The translations under genes were made by a program, and so were the position numbers. From an uncultured delta proteobacterium (lineage in GTDB: Bacteria > Desulfobacterota > RBG-13-43-22), in NCBI GenBank assembly GCA_963711835.1, contig CAVQFQ010000009.1, positions 18,601 through 82,600 of the forward strand: a stretch of 64,000 nucleotides of DNA, in the 5' to 3' direction. Below the pieces are notes generated by a model, which saw nothing but the letters and a program-made list of their open reading frames with translations, searched no databases and was not told the origin of the DNA. Positions 31,225 to 42,856 of this stretch are shown here, one piece after another (within the stretch, counting starts at the first letter, position 1; the number at the start of each line of letters is the position of its first letter).

Positions 31225-32180
31225 TGGAAGCCGTGACCGGGCGAAGAGCCGGGACCCTATCGTTAAAACGCTCCCCTTGGGAAGGGATCTTCCTGATCGA
31301 TAAACCTTTTGGATTATCCTCCAACAAGGTCCTTCAGATCCTGAGAAAGACGATCGGCTTTCAGAAAATGGGCCATTTGGGAACCCTGGATCCCATCGCC
31401 ACCGGCGTCCTGCCGGTCTTTATCGGCTGGACCACAAAAATCATCCCCTTCGTTTCCGACAGTCCTAAAGGCTATCAGGGGACGTTGATCCTGGGGAAGA
31501 AAACCGACACGCAGGACGTGTCGGGGGAAATTATTTTTGATTCCCCGGGGCCTATCCCCTCGGAGGAGGCCATCAAGGAGGTCATGGCCCGTTTTCTGGG
31601 AAATCAACAGCAGATTCCCCCATCCTTTTCTGCTTTAAAATATAAAGGCAAACCCCTTTACCGCTGGGCGCGCCAGGGAATTCAGATCAGCAAGCCTCCC
31701 AGGCAGATTTCTATTGAGGCCCTTAAGGTCCTGGCCATAGACGGGGACCAGGTGGCCTTTGAAGTGCTTTGTTCTCCCGGGACCTATATCCGGACCCTGT
31801 GCATGGATATCGGAGATCGTTTGGGGTGCGGCGCCTACCTGAAGAGTCTTAAGCGAACCCGAAACGGGGCCTTTGATATCTCCCAGGCCTCTCCCCTGGA
31901 GAAAATCCTTAAGGCCTCCAGCCCTGCCGATATCGAGGCCCTTAAAATTCCGGCCGAAAGGCTGCTCCAGGGCCTCCCGGTCCTCAGAATGGACGGGCGT
32001 TGGCGGGAAAAAGTCAAGCTGGGCTGCTTGTTGAAGGAAGGCTCCGGCCTTTCTTTTCCTTTTCCGGTCCAAGCGGGCAAGCCGATTTGCGTTAAAAGTT
32101 TTTCAGAAGAATTATGGGCCATTTACGAATGGACCGGACCTGGAGGGAAAAGTTTTAAGCCCCTGCGGGTGTTAATTTAA
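31224..32180 (+). CDS. truB: tRNA pseudouridine(55) synthase
   Basis: [24 protein letters not shown] and [10 protein letters not shown] motifs. Confidence 0.95.
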   Translation: MEAVTGRRAGTLSLKRSPWEGIFLIDKPFGLSSNKVLQILRKTIGFQKMGHLGTLDPIATGVLPVFIGWTTKIIPFVSDSPKGYQGTLILGKKTDTQDVSGEIIFDSPGPIPSEEAIKEVMARFLGNQQQIPPSFSALKYKGKPLYRWARQGIQISKPPRQISIEALKVLAIDGDQVAFEVLCSPGTYIRTLCMDIGDRLGCGAYLKSLKRTRNGAFDISQASPLEKILKASSPADIEALKIPAERLLQGLPVLRMDGRWREKVKLGCLLKEGSGLSFPFPVQAGKPICVKSFSEELWAIYEWTGPGGKSFKPLRVLI

Positions 32181-32206
32181 TTTATTTTTATATAAGGAGG
32201 ACTATC

Positions 32207-32476
32207 GTGGGATTATCTTTAGACCAGAAAAAAGGAATCTTAGGGAAATTTGGCGTCCACCCGACCGATACCGGGTCTCCGGAAGTGCAAATCGCCCTAT
32301 TAAGTGAGCGGATTAAATATCTTACGGAACACTTTAAAACCCATGCCAAGGATCACCATTCCCGGAGGGGTTTGCTGAAACTGGTAGGACAGCGGAGACG
32401 CCTGTTGAATTATTTGAAGAACAAAAATGCCGACCGATATCGAAGCCTCATTCAGGAACTGGGTATCAGGAAATAG
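32207..32476 (+). CDS. rpsO: 30S ribosomal protein S15
   Basis: [12 protein letters not shown]...[20 protein letters not shown]. Confidence 0.98.
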   Translation: MGLSLDQKKGILGKFGVHPTDTGSPEVQIALLSERIKYLTEHFKTHAKDHHSRRGLLKLVGQRRRLLNYLKNKNADRYRSLIQELGIRK

Positions 32477-32512
32477 CGGCGATAGCGACCAAATCAAAAG
32501 GAGCGTAACAAA

Positions 32513-34612
32513 ATGGTTCAAGTTCTGACTACAGAAATCAGCGGACGAACTCTCAGTATTGAGACCGGCCGTATGGCCAAGCAGGCCAGTGGAGCGGTTT
32601 TGGTTCAATACGGGGAGACCATCGTTCTGGTAACAGCGGTGTCTACCAGCACCATTCGGGAAGGGATCGATTTTTTACCTTTGACCGTGGATTATCAGGA
32701 AATGTCCTATGCCGCCGGGCGGATCCCGGGCAGCTTTTTCCGCCGGGAGATTGGAAGGCCCAGTGAAAAGGAAACCCTGACCTCCCGGTTAATCGACCGG
32801 CCCCTCAGGCCCCTTTTCCCCAAGGGGTATTTCTACGAAACCCAAATTATTGCCACGGTCCTTTCGGTGGATCAGGAGAACGATCCGGACGTTCTGGCCC
32901 TGATCGGGGCCTCTACCGCCCTGGAGGTATCCGATATCCCCTTTAACGGGCCCATCGCCGGCCTGCGGGTCGGCCGCCTCAACGGCGAGCTTATCTTAAA
33001 CCCCACCAATTCTCAGCTCCAGGAAAGCGACCTTAATCTGATTGTGGCCGGCAACCGGGAAGCGGTGGTTATGGTGGAAGGAGGGGCCAAGGAAGTCTCT
33101 GAAGAAGACCTGGTCGAGGCTATTTATTTCGGCCATCAGGGAATTCAGAGTATTCTGGATCTCCAAAAACAACTGCGGCAGGCGGTGGGCAACAGCAAGC
33201 GGGAATTCCCTCCTCCGGCGGTGAATGAGGAATTAAAAGCCAAGGTTACCGAGCTGGCCCTGACCCCTCTCACGGAAGCCCTGACCCTCTTCGGGAAGAA
33301 AGAACGCCAGGACCGCATTAAAGCTATCTTCCAGGATCTTTACGAAGAGCTGAACGGGAGTTTTCCCGAGAGCCGGGGAGCGATTCAAAAATTTGTTGAA
33401 GAACTCGAGCGCCGGATCCTCCGGGAAAGGATACTGAAAGAGAGGATCCGTATCGGAGAACGGAAATTGAACGAGGTGCGCCCCATTTCCTGTGAAGTGG
33501 CCGTACTGCCCAGGACCCATGGGTCGGCCCTTTTTACCCGGGGAGAAACCCAAGCCATGGCCGTCACCACCCTGGGCACTTCATCCGACGAGCAAAGGAT
33601 AGACTCTTTAAACGGGGAAACCTTTAAGTCCTTTATGCTTCATTACAATTTCCCTCCCTTTTCCGTGGGAGAGGCCCGGATGTTGCGGGGCCCGGGAAGG
33701 CGGGAAATAGGACACGGAGCCTTGGCCGAGAGGTCCCTGGCCCCGGTATTGCCTTCCGGCGACGAATTTCCCTATACCATTCGGATTGTTTCCGAAATAC
33801 TGGAATCCAATGGATCTTCCTCCATGGCGACGGTCTGCGGCGCCAGTCTTTCCCTGATGGATGCCGGGGTTCCCATCCGTTCCCATGTGGCCGGAGTCGC
33901 TATGGGACTGATCCTGGAGCAGGGGGAGGTAGCCATCCTGACCGATATTCTCGGAGATGAAGACCACTGCGGCGACATGGACTTCAAGGTGACCGGGACG
34001 GAACAGGGGGTAACGGGCCTGCAGATGGATATCAAGATTCAGGGGGTCACCCGGCAGATCATGGGCCAGGCCTTGCAGCAGGCCAAGGAAGGCCGTCTCT
34101 CCATCCTCAGTTTAATGAACAAAACCATCCACCAGCCGCGGACCAGCATTTCCGATTATGCCCCCAAGATCACTACCATTGAGATCAACCCCGAGAAAAT
34201 CCGGGAAGTCATCGGCCCGGGAGGAAAGGTCATTCGTTCCATAGTCGCGGAAACCGGGGCCAAGATTGAAGTGGAGGATTCCGGAAAGATCATCATCGCT
34301 TCGCCGGACAGCAAAAGTGTGGACCGGGCCATTGCCCTGATCAAGGAAATCGTTCAGGAAGTGGAAGTGGGCCAGCTCTATATGGGCAAGGTCAAAAAGA
34401 TCATGGATTTTGGGGCCTTTGTGGAAGTCCTGCCCGGTACCGAGGGCTTAATTCATATCTCCCAATTGGATCATCACCATGTCAAAAAGGTGACCGATGT
34501 CCTCAAAGAAGGGGACGAGGTGCTGGTGAAGGTCTTGGAAGTGGATAAACAAGGCAAGATCCGCTTGAGCCGTAAGGCCGCCTTAGGCCAAACCCGGGAG
34601 GAGAATAACTAA
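32513..34612 (+). CDS. pnp: Polynucleotide phosphorylase
   Basis: [27 protein letters not shown] and GDMDFK motifs; KH and S1 domains. Confidence 0.97.
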   Translation: MVQVLTTEISGRTLSIETGRMAKQASGAVLVQYGETIVLVTAVSTSTIREGIDFLPLTVDYQEMSYAAGRIPGSFFRREIGRPSEKETLTSRLIDRPLRPLFPKGYFYETQIIATVLSVDQENDPDVLALIGASTALEVSDIPFNGPIAGLRVGRLNGELILNPTNSQLQESDLNLIVAGNREAVVMVEGGAKEVSEEDLVEAIYFGHQGIQSILDLQKQLRQAVGNSKREFPPPAVNEELKAKVTELALTPLTEALTLFGKKERQDRIKAIFQDLYEELNGSFPESRGAIQKFVEELERRILRERILKERIRIGERKLNEVRPISCEVAVLPRTHGSALFTRGETQAMAVTTLGTSSDEQRIDSLNGETFKSFMLHYNFPPFSVGEARMLRGPGRREIGHGALAERSLAPVLPSGDEFPYTIRIVSEILESNGSSSMATVCGASLSLMDAGVPIRSHVAGVAMGLILEQGEVAILTDILGDEDHCGDMDFKVTGTEQGVTGLQMDIKIQGVTRQIMGQALQQAKEGRLSILSLMNKTIHQPRTSISDYAPKITTIEINPEKIREVIGPGGKVIRSIVAETGAKIEVEDSGKIIIASPDSKSVDRAIALIKEIVQEVEVGQLYMGKVKKIMDFGAFVEVLPGTEGLIHISQLDHHHVKKVTDVLKEGDEVLVKVLEVDKQGKIRLSRKAALGQTREENN

Positions 34613-34615
34613 GCC

Positions 34616-35875
34616 ATGATCCGGAAAACCGTTCTGGATAACGGCCTGCGCATTATCACCGAGGCCATCCCCCATCTCTATTCAGTCTCGGTCGGGATCT
34701 GGGTGGATAACGGCTCCCGAGATGAAGGGGCCAAGGAGAACGGCCTCTCCCATTTCATCGAACATATGATCTTCAAGGGTACTCGAAACCGGAGTGCCCT
34801 TCAGATTGCCAAGGAGCTGGATGCCATCGGCGGCCTGTCCAACGCCTTTACCTCCAAAGAACAAACCTGCTTCCATGCCAAGGTGCTGGATACCCACCTC
34901 GGTCAGGCGCTGGAGATCCTTCTGGACATTTTTCTCCATTCCCTCTTCGATCCCGAGGAGCTGGAGCGGGAACGGCAGGTCGTGCTTCAGGAAATCTGCA
35001 TGGTGGAAGATACGCCGGACGAATATGTCCATGTCCTCTTCAGCCAACTGGTCCATCAGGGCAACGCCCTGGCCCAACCCATCCTGGGAACACCGGAAAC
35101 CGTTCAATCCTTCACCCAGGGAAAAATCATCGATTACCTGAAGGAGGCTTACGGTTCGAGCAAGATTATCATGGCGGCTGCCGGCAACGTAGATCACCAG
35201 ACCTTTGTCGACCTGGTGGCTCCCGAACTGAAGGGGCGATCTGCAGATGGCCAACCCAATAACCGTCAGGAACCCGGCCTGACCTCTAAGTCATGGGTGG
35301 TGTCCAAGGACCTGGAACAGGTCCACCTGGCCCTGGGCACCTGGGCCCCTTCCGTTTCCGATCCCAGGCGCTATGCCGGCAACCTGCTGAATGTCATCTT
35401 AGGCGGAAACATGAGTTCCCGTCTCTTTCAGGAGGTCCGGGAAAAAAGAGGGCTGGCCTATTCCATCTATTCTTTTCTGGCTCCCTATCAAAATACCGGG
35501 CTCTGGGGAATTTACACCGCCATAGCCAAAGAGACCCTGAACGAAACCCTGGAGGTGATCGGACAGGAGCTGACCAAGATAAAAAAAGGAAACCTGCCAA
35601 CAGCCGAATTGGAGGCGGCCAAAGAATTTCTTAAAGGCGGGCTCCTCTTAAGCGCTGAAAGTACGGATAACCGGATGTCCCGGCTGGCCAAAAACGAATT
35701 CGACTTCGGACGTCACCTCTCTTTCGAGGAAATCCTGGAGAGTGTCAACCGGATTACCGTTTCGGAGGTAATTGATCTGGCCCAGGAGATTCTCCAGCCC
35801 GGTCTTCTTTCCCTGACCGCCTTAGGACCCCTGACCGAGACTGATCTTCCTTCGCCTTTCCTCCCTCTCGAATGA
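34616..35875 (+). CDS. M16-family zinc peptidase
   Basis: HFIEH inverted zinc motif, [24 protein letters not shown]. Confidence 0.92.
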   Translation: MIRKTVLDNGLRIITEAIPHLYSVSVGIWVDNGSRDEGAKENGLSHFIEHMIFKGTRNRSALQIAKELDAIGGLSNAFTSKEQTCFHAKVLDTHLGQALEILLDIFLHSLFDPEELERERQVVLQEICMVEDTPDEYVHVLFSQLVHQGNALAQPILGTPETVQSFTQGKIIDYLKEAYGSSKIIMAAAGNVDHQTFVDLVAPELKGRSADGQPNNRQEPGLTSKSWVVSKDLEQVHLALGTWAPSVSDPRRYAGNLLNVILGGNMSSRLFQEVREKRGLAYSIYSFLAPYQNTGLWGIYTAIAKETLNETLEVIGQELTKIKKGNLPTAELEAAKEFLKGGLLLSAESTDNRMSRLAKNEFDFGRHLSFEEILESVNRITVSEVIDLAQEILQPGLLSLTALGPLTETDLPSPFLPLE

Positions 35876-36327
35876 AGAGGCTTACCCTGCAAATCAGCCG
35901 CCTTTACCCCGAGAGGGATCGGGACCTTCCCCTGCCTCAATACATGAGTTCAGGGGCCTCCGGACTTGATCTGGTTGCCGCCGTTGAAGAAGAGGTGACC
36001 TTGAATCCGGGGGAAATTCGCATGATCCCCACCGGTCTGGCCGTGGCCATCCCCTCAGGTTATGAAGGCCAGATCCGCCCCCGGAGCGGCCTGGCCTTAA
36101 AGCAGGGCATCGGCCTGATCAACAGTCCCGGGACCATCGATTCGGATTATCGGGGTGAAATCGGGCTGGCTATCATTAATCTGGGCCCGAATCCCTTTAC
36201 GGTCCGCAGGGGGGACCGCCTGGCCCAGTTGGTCATCAATAGGGTCTATCAGGCAGAGATTCAACTGGTAGACCGCTTGGACGATACCTCACGGGGTGAA
36301 GGGGGCTTCGGTCACACCGGGGTGTAA
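35872..36327 (+). CDS. dut: dUTP diphosphatase
   Basis: [17 protein letters not shown] and [10 protein letters not shown] motifs. Confidence 0.96.
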   Translation: MKRLTLQISRLYPERDRDLPLPQYMSSGASGLDLVAAVEEEVTLNPGEIRMIPTGLAVAIPSGYEGQIRPRSGLALKQGIGLINSPGTIDSDYRGEIGLAIINLGPNPFTVRRGDRLAQLVINRVYQAEIQLVDRLDDTSRGEGGFGHTGV

Positions 36328-36420
36328 GGCCTGTCTAACGGGCCAACGATCATTGGTCCGAACCCGCCTATTCGCAGAATTGCTTCTGTCGTTTTCCACT
36401 CCATTCCACTATTAGAGTTT

Positions 36421-36575
36421 GTCCCAACATTACGTGATTTTTAAGCTACCTATTCATAGAGGGCTTCAGGGGTCTTGATTTCAAGGATTGCCCACCCGGC
36501 TAACCTGGTCCCCGGGCAGGAAGTCTTACTGGATTTGAAACGGCAACACCAAAGCGATTTAATTTTTTGATGCCC
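36421..36575. repeat. Degenerate half-copy of the 5682-6001 palindromic element
   Basis: gtcccaacattacgtgatt...agggcttcaggggtcttgatttcaaggattg...cccgggcaggaagt...aacaccaa aligns collinearly with one arm of the 5.7-kb element. Confidence 0.8.
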
Positions 36576-36581
36576 GGAACC

Positions 36582-37868
36582 CTATGATCCATGCCGAATG
36601 GAACTCGAAGAGAGATCATCCTGCCTTGTTGAGACTCGGCTGTCCGGCACCAGCAGATAAAGGACCCCGGCCACCGTCAGACCGGCGCTGCAGAGAACCC
36701 AGGCCGCTTGAAAACTTTCAGGGCCTATAGAGCCCGGGGCCTTATCTTCAACCAAGGCCCCTATCGATTGGGTGATCATGGCCGCACCCAACATGGTAAA
36801 CAAATTGATGCCGGATAAGGCCGTGCCGGTGGCCTGGGCTGGAACCAGTTCTTTGATGTGGGGATACATGAGTTGCCCGGGGGCTGAAGCCAGGCCGAGA
36901 GCCATGAAAACCAGATAAACCCAGGCCAGATTAAAATTTTTAGGCCAATAGGCCAAAGATAAGATCAGCAGGGCCATACCCCATAGGGAAGGATAAATCA
37001 ATTTCTTGCGCGAGCCCAGCCAATGATCGCTTATCCGGCCGAACAAAGGCAGCCCAATCATATAGCCGAGACCCATCATGAACAGGGCATTTCCGGTTTG
37101 CAGGGTACTCAAGCCGATAGCCTTGACCAGGTAGGGTCCGGCCCAGAGTCCCTGCAGGGCGGTAAAACAACCGTAACGGAAAAAGGTGGCCAGGCTGATA
37201 ATCCAATAGGCCGGAAATTTGAAAACCCGAATTAAGTCTTTGAGGGAACTTTTTTCCAGCGGTTGAAATTGGATGCGCCCGGACGGCCTGTCCTGAATAA
37301 ACCCTAAAAAAAGCAAGACATACCCCAAATTGATTAAGGCCAGGAGCAGAAAACTTCCCCGCCAGCCTAAGGCCCTGTTCATCACGACCAGCGGGGTGGC
37401 TGCCAAAAGGCCGCCCACCGTACCTAAGCCGACGGCCGACCCCATGAGGGTGGCAAAGCGATTGGCCGGGAACCAGGCTGCCAATAGAACCAATAAGCCC
37501 ATAAGATTGCAGCTCATGCCGATCCCCATCAACATGCGGCCCCATAAGGCCTGCCCGAAGGTCTGAGCCAGTGCAAAAAGCAGGGTTCCCGGAACCCCCA
37601 ACAAACTTAAAAAGAAAAACACCCTGCGGACTCCAAAACGATCCAGAGCCAGGCCGGCCGGGATCTGGCTGAAGGCAAAGGCATAGAAGAAGGAGGCCGA
37701 CAAATGGCCCAATTGGGTTGTATTCAGGTGAAGATCGTGGGAGAGTTCCAAGCTGGTGACGGTGATGGAGACCCGATAGAAATTGGAGATCAGGAATCCT
37801 AAGGTGCCTACCCCGAAGATAATCCAGCCGCGATGCCTCGTTCCAAGCCATTCTGAAAAATTCATCAT
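36582..37868 (-). CDS. MFS transporter
   Basis: GLALDRFGVRR and GRISDHWLGSRK motifs; about 12 TM segments. Confidence 0.9.
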   Translation of the reverse strand: MMNFSEWLGTRHRGWIIFGVGTLGFLISNFYRVSITVTSLELSHDLHLNTTQLGHLSASFFYAFAFSQIPAGLALDRFGVRRVFFFLSLLGVPGTLLFALAQTFGQALWGRMLMGIGMSCNLMGLLVLLAAWFPANRFATLMGSAVGLGTVGGLLAATPLVVMNRALGWRGSFLLLALINLGYVLLFLGFIQDRPSGRIQFQPLEKSSLKDLIRVFKFPAYWIISLATFFRYGCFTALQGLWAGPYLVKAIGLSTLQTGNALFMMGLGYMIGLPLFGRISDHWLGSRKKLIYPSLWGMALLILSLAYWPKNFNLAWVYLVFMALGLASAPGQLMYPHIKELVPAQATGTALSGINLFTMLGAAMITQSIGALVEDKAPGSIGPESFQAAWVLCSAGLTVAGVLYLLVPDSRVSTRQDDLSSSSIRHGS

Positions 37869-37927
37869 GTAATCTTCGGCTTTTCTGGATAGGTAATGTG
37901 TCCCCAAACAACTATCCGGTTAAGCGG

Positions 37928-38791
37928 TTAACACTTCAAAAGGTCCTGAAGGTTTTGGCCGGCTATTTTTTCAAAATCGGCGCAGGGGAGATTCAGATTC
38001 AGGAAGCGCTGCCAGGACTGGGCCGGGACCCGCCAGGGGGCGTCGGACCCGTAAAGGACACGGTCAGGGCCTTTACGGGTGATCACTTTTTTCATTTCCA
38101 TTGGGGTCAGGATCTCAAGGGCATAGGACAAATCAAAGTAAACGTTTTCCAAATCGTAGAGGAGCTCCAGTTGATCCCAGCCATAGAGGCAGCCCAGATG
38201 AGCTGCGATGAAGGTGATTCCGGAAAAAGTCTTAGCCAGTTTGGCGATCTGGATCGGCCCGGTTTCAAAGGGCTTCCAGTAATCGAGGAGGGGTGCCATA
38301 TGAGGCTTGTATCGTCGAACCCCGGTCAAGTTCATGGAATCCATCAAAATGGGCAGCCCGGCAGGCTGGAGCATCTCCATCCACTCAAGGGTCTTGGGGT
38401 CAAGGAGGTTGATGCGCTGGAGAAAGGAATGGATCTTCAGTCCTTTCAGGCCCAGGGCCAGGGCCTCTTTCAGATCAGCCTCGGGGGTGGTAGACAGGGG
38501 GGTCAAAGAGGCAAAGGGAATAATCTGCGGGAAAGCCCTGGCTTTTTTGGCCACCCAGCGGTTTACTCGGGAGGAGCCGTTCGGACGGCCTGAAACCGGC
38601 AGGAGCACAAAGCCGTCCAGGCCGGCCTTTTTTTCTTCCTCTACCAGGGATTCCACGCTGCCGTCATTAAAGATAGCCCATTTGTAAGGGCTGTCCGGCG
38701 GCAGGTGGCCGTCAAGTTCTGTTGTTCTCTCCACCACCAGGGCCCGATCCTGTTTGGGGTAGGCATGGGTGTGGACGTCGTAACAAGCCAT
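37928..38791 (-). CDS. Amidohydrolase-2 family metallo-hydrolase
   Basis: DVHTH, GLKIH, IAAHLG and LYGSDAP motifs. Confidence 0.85.
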   Translation of the reverse strand: MACYDVHTHAYPKQDRALVVERTTELDGHLPPDSPYKWAIFNDGSVESLVEEEKKAGLDGFVLLPVSGRPNGSSRVNRWVAKKARAFPQIIPFASLTPLSTTPEADLKEALALGLKGLKIHSFLQRINLLDPKTLEWMEMLQPAGLPILMDSMNLTGVRRYKPHMAPLLDYWKPFETGPIQIAKLAKTFSGITFIAAHLGCLYGWDQLELLYDLENVYFDLSYALEILTPMEMKKVITRKGPDRVLYGSDAPWRVPAQSWQRFLNLNLPCADFEKIAGQNLQDLLKC

Positions 38792-38801
38792 TAAATACTA
38801 A

Positions 38802-39293
38802 TCAGCCTATTGGATTTTTCAGGGCAAAGTAGCGATTGGCCTGCCAGGCCAGAGGGGTTAATTTTTCATCGGATTGATAAGCCACCACTTCGGCCAGGTA
38901 AAGGGTGTAGTGGCCAAGAGGAAAGGAAGTAATGACTTGGCATTCCACCTGAGCATAAGCGCCTTTGATAAGAGGGGCCCCGACTTTCCTGGCTTTTTCG
39001 GTGGGAATACTGAATTTTTTGAACTTATCCACCTTGCTGCCGTGGGTGGAACCCAGGGCTCTGGCTATTTTTACCTGAGTCGTGGCTGCCACATTCAGGA
39101 CCAGCTCCCCTGATTCCTCAATGAGCTGATGGGTCAGGATATGTTTGGCGACGCTGATTACGAAGAGGGGAGGATCTTCGGAGACGAACATGCAGGTGGC
39201 TGTCATGGCATCCTTTTTATTCTTTGAAGCAGCGCTGAGCAGGATGACCGAACAGGGCATCAGGTGGGTAATGCTTTGAAAATCGTTCTTCAT
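38802..39293 (-). CDS. Flavin reductase-like (flavoredoxin) protein
   Basis: VSEDPPLFVISV, VDKFKKF and ECQV...GHYTLYLAEVV motifs. Confidence 0.82.
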   Translation of the reverse strand: MKNDFQSITHLMPCSVILLSAASKNKKDAMTATCMFVSEDPPLFVISVAKHILTHQLIEESGELVLNVAATTQVKIARALGSTHGSKVDKFKKFSIPTEKARKVGAPLIKGAYAQVECQVITSFPLGHYTLYLAEVVAYQSDEKLTPLAWQANRYFALKNPIG

Positions 39294-39322
39294 GGCTGAC
39301 CTCTCATAGTGTGATAAAAGAT

Positions 39323-40273
39323 TTATACATGATTGCGCAATTTCAATTCCAGGGGATGAGGGTTCAGATAATATTGTTCCTTCAAATAAGCCTGGTTATA
39401 TTTTTGTACGTAATGGATGAAAAGGGTAATCGGAACAACCAAGGGGATAAGTTCCTGTTGGTAGTGATTGATAATTGTGAGCAGTTCCTGTTTTTCATCC
39501 GCTGTAAGCTCTTTCTTAAAATAGCCCAGCATATGCATGAGGATGTTGGTGTGCTTTTTGTTGGAGGCCTTGATGCCCAGGGCTTCCAGAAGCAGGATCT
39601 GGTAGCGGCCCAGCCGCTCTTGAAAGTCCAGAGACTCTGATTGGGCCACCAGGGGCCCCATTTTCCGGTAGTGTTTGGGACTATGCGATAAGACCAACAG
39701 CTTATGCCGGGTATGGAAATCCACCAGATCCTTCATCCGGGGCTTATGGTCCAGAACCTCCCGCCAGCGCTTCAAGGCAAAAATACGCTCAATAAAATTT
39801 TCCCTCAGAACCGGATCATGGAGGCGCCCCTCTTCCTCCACCGGCAGGAGGGGAAACCGGGTCATGAATTCTCTGGCAAAGATCCCGACCCCCTGTTTTA
39901 CCGGAACACCCTTCTCATTATAGACCTTGACCCGTTCCATACCGCTGCTGGGGGAGTCGCTTTTAAAGATGAAGCCGCAGAGGTCTTCTTTTTTTAATTC
40001 GGCAATGCGCCTTCGGGCCCACTGGATCATCCGGTCGGTATGATCCCATTTAGTATGAATGGTTACCAGGCGTGGATTTTCAAGATCACCGACCAGACGC
40101 ATGGCCTCCCGAGGGACCCCCAGCCCGCATTCCATCTCCGGGCAGACCGGGACAAAGGCTACGTATTTTCCCAAGGTGTCGGTCAGGAAGCGGTCCCATT
40201 TGTGGCCGCCGTCATAGCGGACCGGTTCGCCCAGCAAACACATGCTGATGCCTAATTTAATCGTGGCTTCCAT
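39323..40273 (-). CDS. YbgA-family protein (DUF523 + DUF1722)
   Basis: SMCLLGEPVRYDGGH, VCPE, SPSSG, EEEGRLHDP.LRENF and HMLGYFK motifs. Confidence 0.9.
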   Translation of the reverse strand: MEATIKLGISMCLLGEPVRYDGGHKWDRFLTDTLGKYVAFVPVCPEMECGLGVPREAMRLVGDLENPRLVTIHTKWDHTDRMIQWARRRIAELKKEDLCGFIFKSDSPSSGMERVKVYNEKGVPVKQGVGIFAREFMTRFPLLPVEEEGRLHDPVLRENFIERIFALKRWREVLDHKPRMKDLVDFHTRHKLLVLSHSPKHYRKMGPLVAQSESLDFQERLGRYQILLLEALGIKASNKKHTNILMHMLGYFKKELTADEKQELLTIINHYQQELIPLVVPITLFIHYVQKYNQAYLKEQYYLNPHPLELKLRNHV

Positions 40274-40364
40274 ATTTGAGATCAGGGGCCAAGGATTCCA
40301 GGGTTCGAGGGTTCAAGCGATATTTCTAACCTATCGGCCCGGAATTATTGGCCCTCCTTTTATA

Positions 40365-40683
40365 TTATAATAGGTTTTTTGCTATATAGGTATCAACATC
40401 AAATTTTGAACGGGAACCTTTATAGCTCATGGTGCGGATTTTGCCGAAGACCGGCCTCTCTCCCCAGGCCCGGTCGTGGACGCCGCCGATGCTCCAGGCG
40501 ATACCAGTATAGCCGTTCGGGTCCCGGCCGTCCAGTTCATAGCGGTCGTTCAAATAGCCATTTGCTGGGCGTACCAAAGGGCCCAGTTGTCCCGGCTGCG
40601 CTGGTCGCGGCTCATCCAGTAGAGATTACCGGCCCGGGACCTGTTTTTACCTGGTTCAAGGTGCGGAGGCGGTCAGGATGCAT
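40365..40683 (-). pseudogene. phrB: Class II CPD photolyase with a large internal deletion
   Basis: N-terminus [10 protein letters not shown]...[19 protein letters not shown] abuts C-terminus [40 protein letters not shown]. Confidence 0.85.
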
Positions 40684-40684
40684 T

Positions 40685-42217
40685 TCATTTATTCCGGCTG
40701 GGGGTTGTTTTTCTGGCTACCATCAGTTCCGGCCCTTTGACAATGGGTTTTCCGGTAGCCCGGGCGATGGCCTTGAGCATATTCGGGTACAACAAACGGT
40801 GAAAAGGATCGAGGCCGTACCAGTATAACAGGCCTCCGAGACCCCTGGGTAAAAAACGGGAAAGCTGCTGAAGTTCCGTAACTCCCTCATTGAGAGGTTT
40901 GACCCGGAATTCCAACAGGGCTTCCCCGGGCAGCTTCATTTCCGCCAGCAGGAGCAGATGCACTGGGGGATCCACTTCCAGGACGCGCCAGAAATCCAGG
41001 GCATCTCCAGGACGCAATTCGGAGGGATGACGCCTCCCGGCCCGAAAGCCGATCCCTCCGATGAGGCGGTCGAACCAGCCCCGTATTTTCCAGAGGGCGG
41101 TGCCGAAATACCATCCGGTCCGACCGCCGATCTTGATTACCGACCCCCAGACCTCTTCCGGGGTGGCCTGGATCTGGATCAGGTAACCCAGCTCCAAGGA
41201 AGTCCCTCCGGCATAAGGGGTATCGCCGCAGTAAATCCACTCCCGGGGAACGGTAGCGGCGGCTGAAGCGTCCATCCAGCAGGTGTCGACCTGCTGCTGT
41301 TTGATCCGTTCCAGGGCCAGGCGGATGGTCTGGCGGCAGTCCAGAAGCTCCTGGGGTATGACATCGCGGATGCGATTGTCCCGGCAGATGACGGCGTTGC
41401 GCAGCCCTTCGGCCAGAGGCCGGGCGATGGAAGACGGGATTGGTGTGATCAGGTGGATCCAGTAGGAACTCAAGCGGGGGGTGAAGAAAGGCACCGTGAT
41501 GATGAGACGCTTCGGCAGGCGGGCTTCTTCGGCATAGATTTGAAACAGCCGGCGATAGGTAACCACCTCCGGACCCCCGATATCAAAGGTCTGGCCCAAA
41601 GCCTGGTCATGCTCCAGACAGCCCTGGAGATAATTGAGGACATTGCGAATCCCGATGGGTTGCACCTGGCTGTCTACCCAGGCCGGAGTTATCATGATGG
41701 GCAGCCGTTCCACCAGGTAGCGTAAAATTTCAAAGGAGACGCTTCCAGCGCCCAGGATCATGGCCGCCCGGAGAAAGGTCGTCGGCACCGGTCCGGATTG
41801 AAGGATGCGGGCCACTTCAAGGCGTGAGCGCAGGTGCTCACTGAGCCTGGGATCATCCTGGCGGCCCAAGCCTCCCAGATAGATCATGCGGTTCAACCCG
41901 GCCTGAGCAGCGGCTTCGACCATGTGTTGGGCTGCCCGGCGATCCGTCTCCGTATAGCCCTTCGGATCGGCGTTCATGGAATGGACCAGATAAAAGGCGG
42001 CCCAACAGCCTTGGCCGGCTTTAACGAGAGACTCTTTGTCCAGCACATCGCCGGCGGTCAGTTCGACCAGCGGGTGGCCGCCCCAGGGGCGTCCTTTTAA
42101 TTTGGATATTGACCTGCCCAAGGCCCGGACGCGGTAGCCGGCCTGGAGAAGCTGGGGAACCAGGCGGCCGCCCACATAGCCAGTGGCTCCGGTTACTAAG
42201 ATTTTTTTCTCATTCAT
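40685..42217 (-). CDS. YbjT-like atypical SDR with DUF2867-like C-terminus
   Basis: TGATGYVG Rossmann motif, YLVHSM, GDALDFWRV and AEMKLPGEA. Confidence 0.88.
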   Translation of the reverse strand: MNEKKILVTGATGYVGGRLVPQLLQAGYRVRALGRSISKLKGRPWGGHPLVELTAGDVLDKESLVKAGQGCWAAFYLVHSMNADPKGYTETDRRAAQHMVEAAAQAGLNRMIYLGGLGRQDDPRLSEHLRSRLEVARILQSGPVPTTFLRAAMILGAGSVSFEILRYLVERLPIMITPAWVDSQVQPIGIRNVLNYLQGCLEHDQALGQTFDIGGPEVVTYRRLFQIYAEEARLPKRLIITVPFFTPRLSSYWIHLITPIPSSIARPLAEGLRNAVICRDNRIRDVIPQELLDCRQTIRLALERIKQQQVDTCWMDASAAATVPREWIYCGDTPYAGGTSLELGYLIQIQATPEEVWGSVIKIGGRTGWYFGTALWKIRGWFDRLIGGIGFRAGRRHPSELRPGDALDFWRVLEVDPPVHLLLLAEMKLPGEALLEFRVKPLNEGVTELQQLSRFLPRGLGGLLYWYGLDPFHRLLYPNMLKAIARATGKPIVKGPELMVARKTTPSRNK

Positions 42218-42405
42218 CCGGGCATCCTTTTAGTAAAACACGGCAGATCAAATCAAAATAATAAGGCCTGATTCAGCTTTCGTCAAAGAGAAATCGGTGC
42301 CTCCCCATTGACCCTCTGCCTGGGCTGCTTTATATTTAAAATGTTTTAGGAAAATCGGTATATGCCTCTTCCATGGGAGAGGAAAACCAAAGTAAGGAGA
42401 AGACC

Positions 42406-42789
42406 ATGTCGCTACAAGACTATTTTGAACAAACCAAGGGTCTCGGAGTATTGGCAACGGCAGATTCCCGGGGCAAGGTCGGCATTGCCGTGTATGCCCG
42501 TCCCCATGTCCTGGAAGACGGTTCCCTGGCCTTCATTATGTCCGATCGGTTGACCCATCTCAATCTTACTTCCAACCCGCAGGCAGCCTATCTCTTTAAA
42601 GAAGAGGGCGCCGGCTACAAAGGAAAACGCCTGTACCTGAGCAAGATCCGGGAAGAGGAAAACAGCGAATTGCTAAATACCTTGCGCCGCCGCATCTATA
42701 CCACAGAAAAGGAAGGTCCGGCGGAGTCTAAATTCTTGGTCATCTTTCGGATCGATAAGGAACTCCCCTTAGTGGGAACCGGCAAGTAG
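42406..42789 (+). CDS. Pyridoxamine 5'-phosphate oxidase-like FMN-binding protein
   Basis: GVLATAD..G.V..AVYARPH...LTHLNL..NPQAAYLF; RBS aaggag. Confidence 0.8.
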   Translation: MSLQDYFEQTKGLGVLATADSRGKVGIAVYARPHVLEDGSLAFIMSDRLTHLNLTSNPQAAYLFKEEGAGYKGKRLYLSKIREEENSELLNTLRRRIYTTEKEGPAESKFLVIFRIDKELPLVGTGK

Positions 42790-42856
42790 GCTGTCTTTCC
42801 CGTGAATAACAATCCCTAAGGACAGGTCCACCTTCGAGGCATTAACTTTAGGGCAC

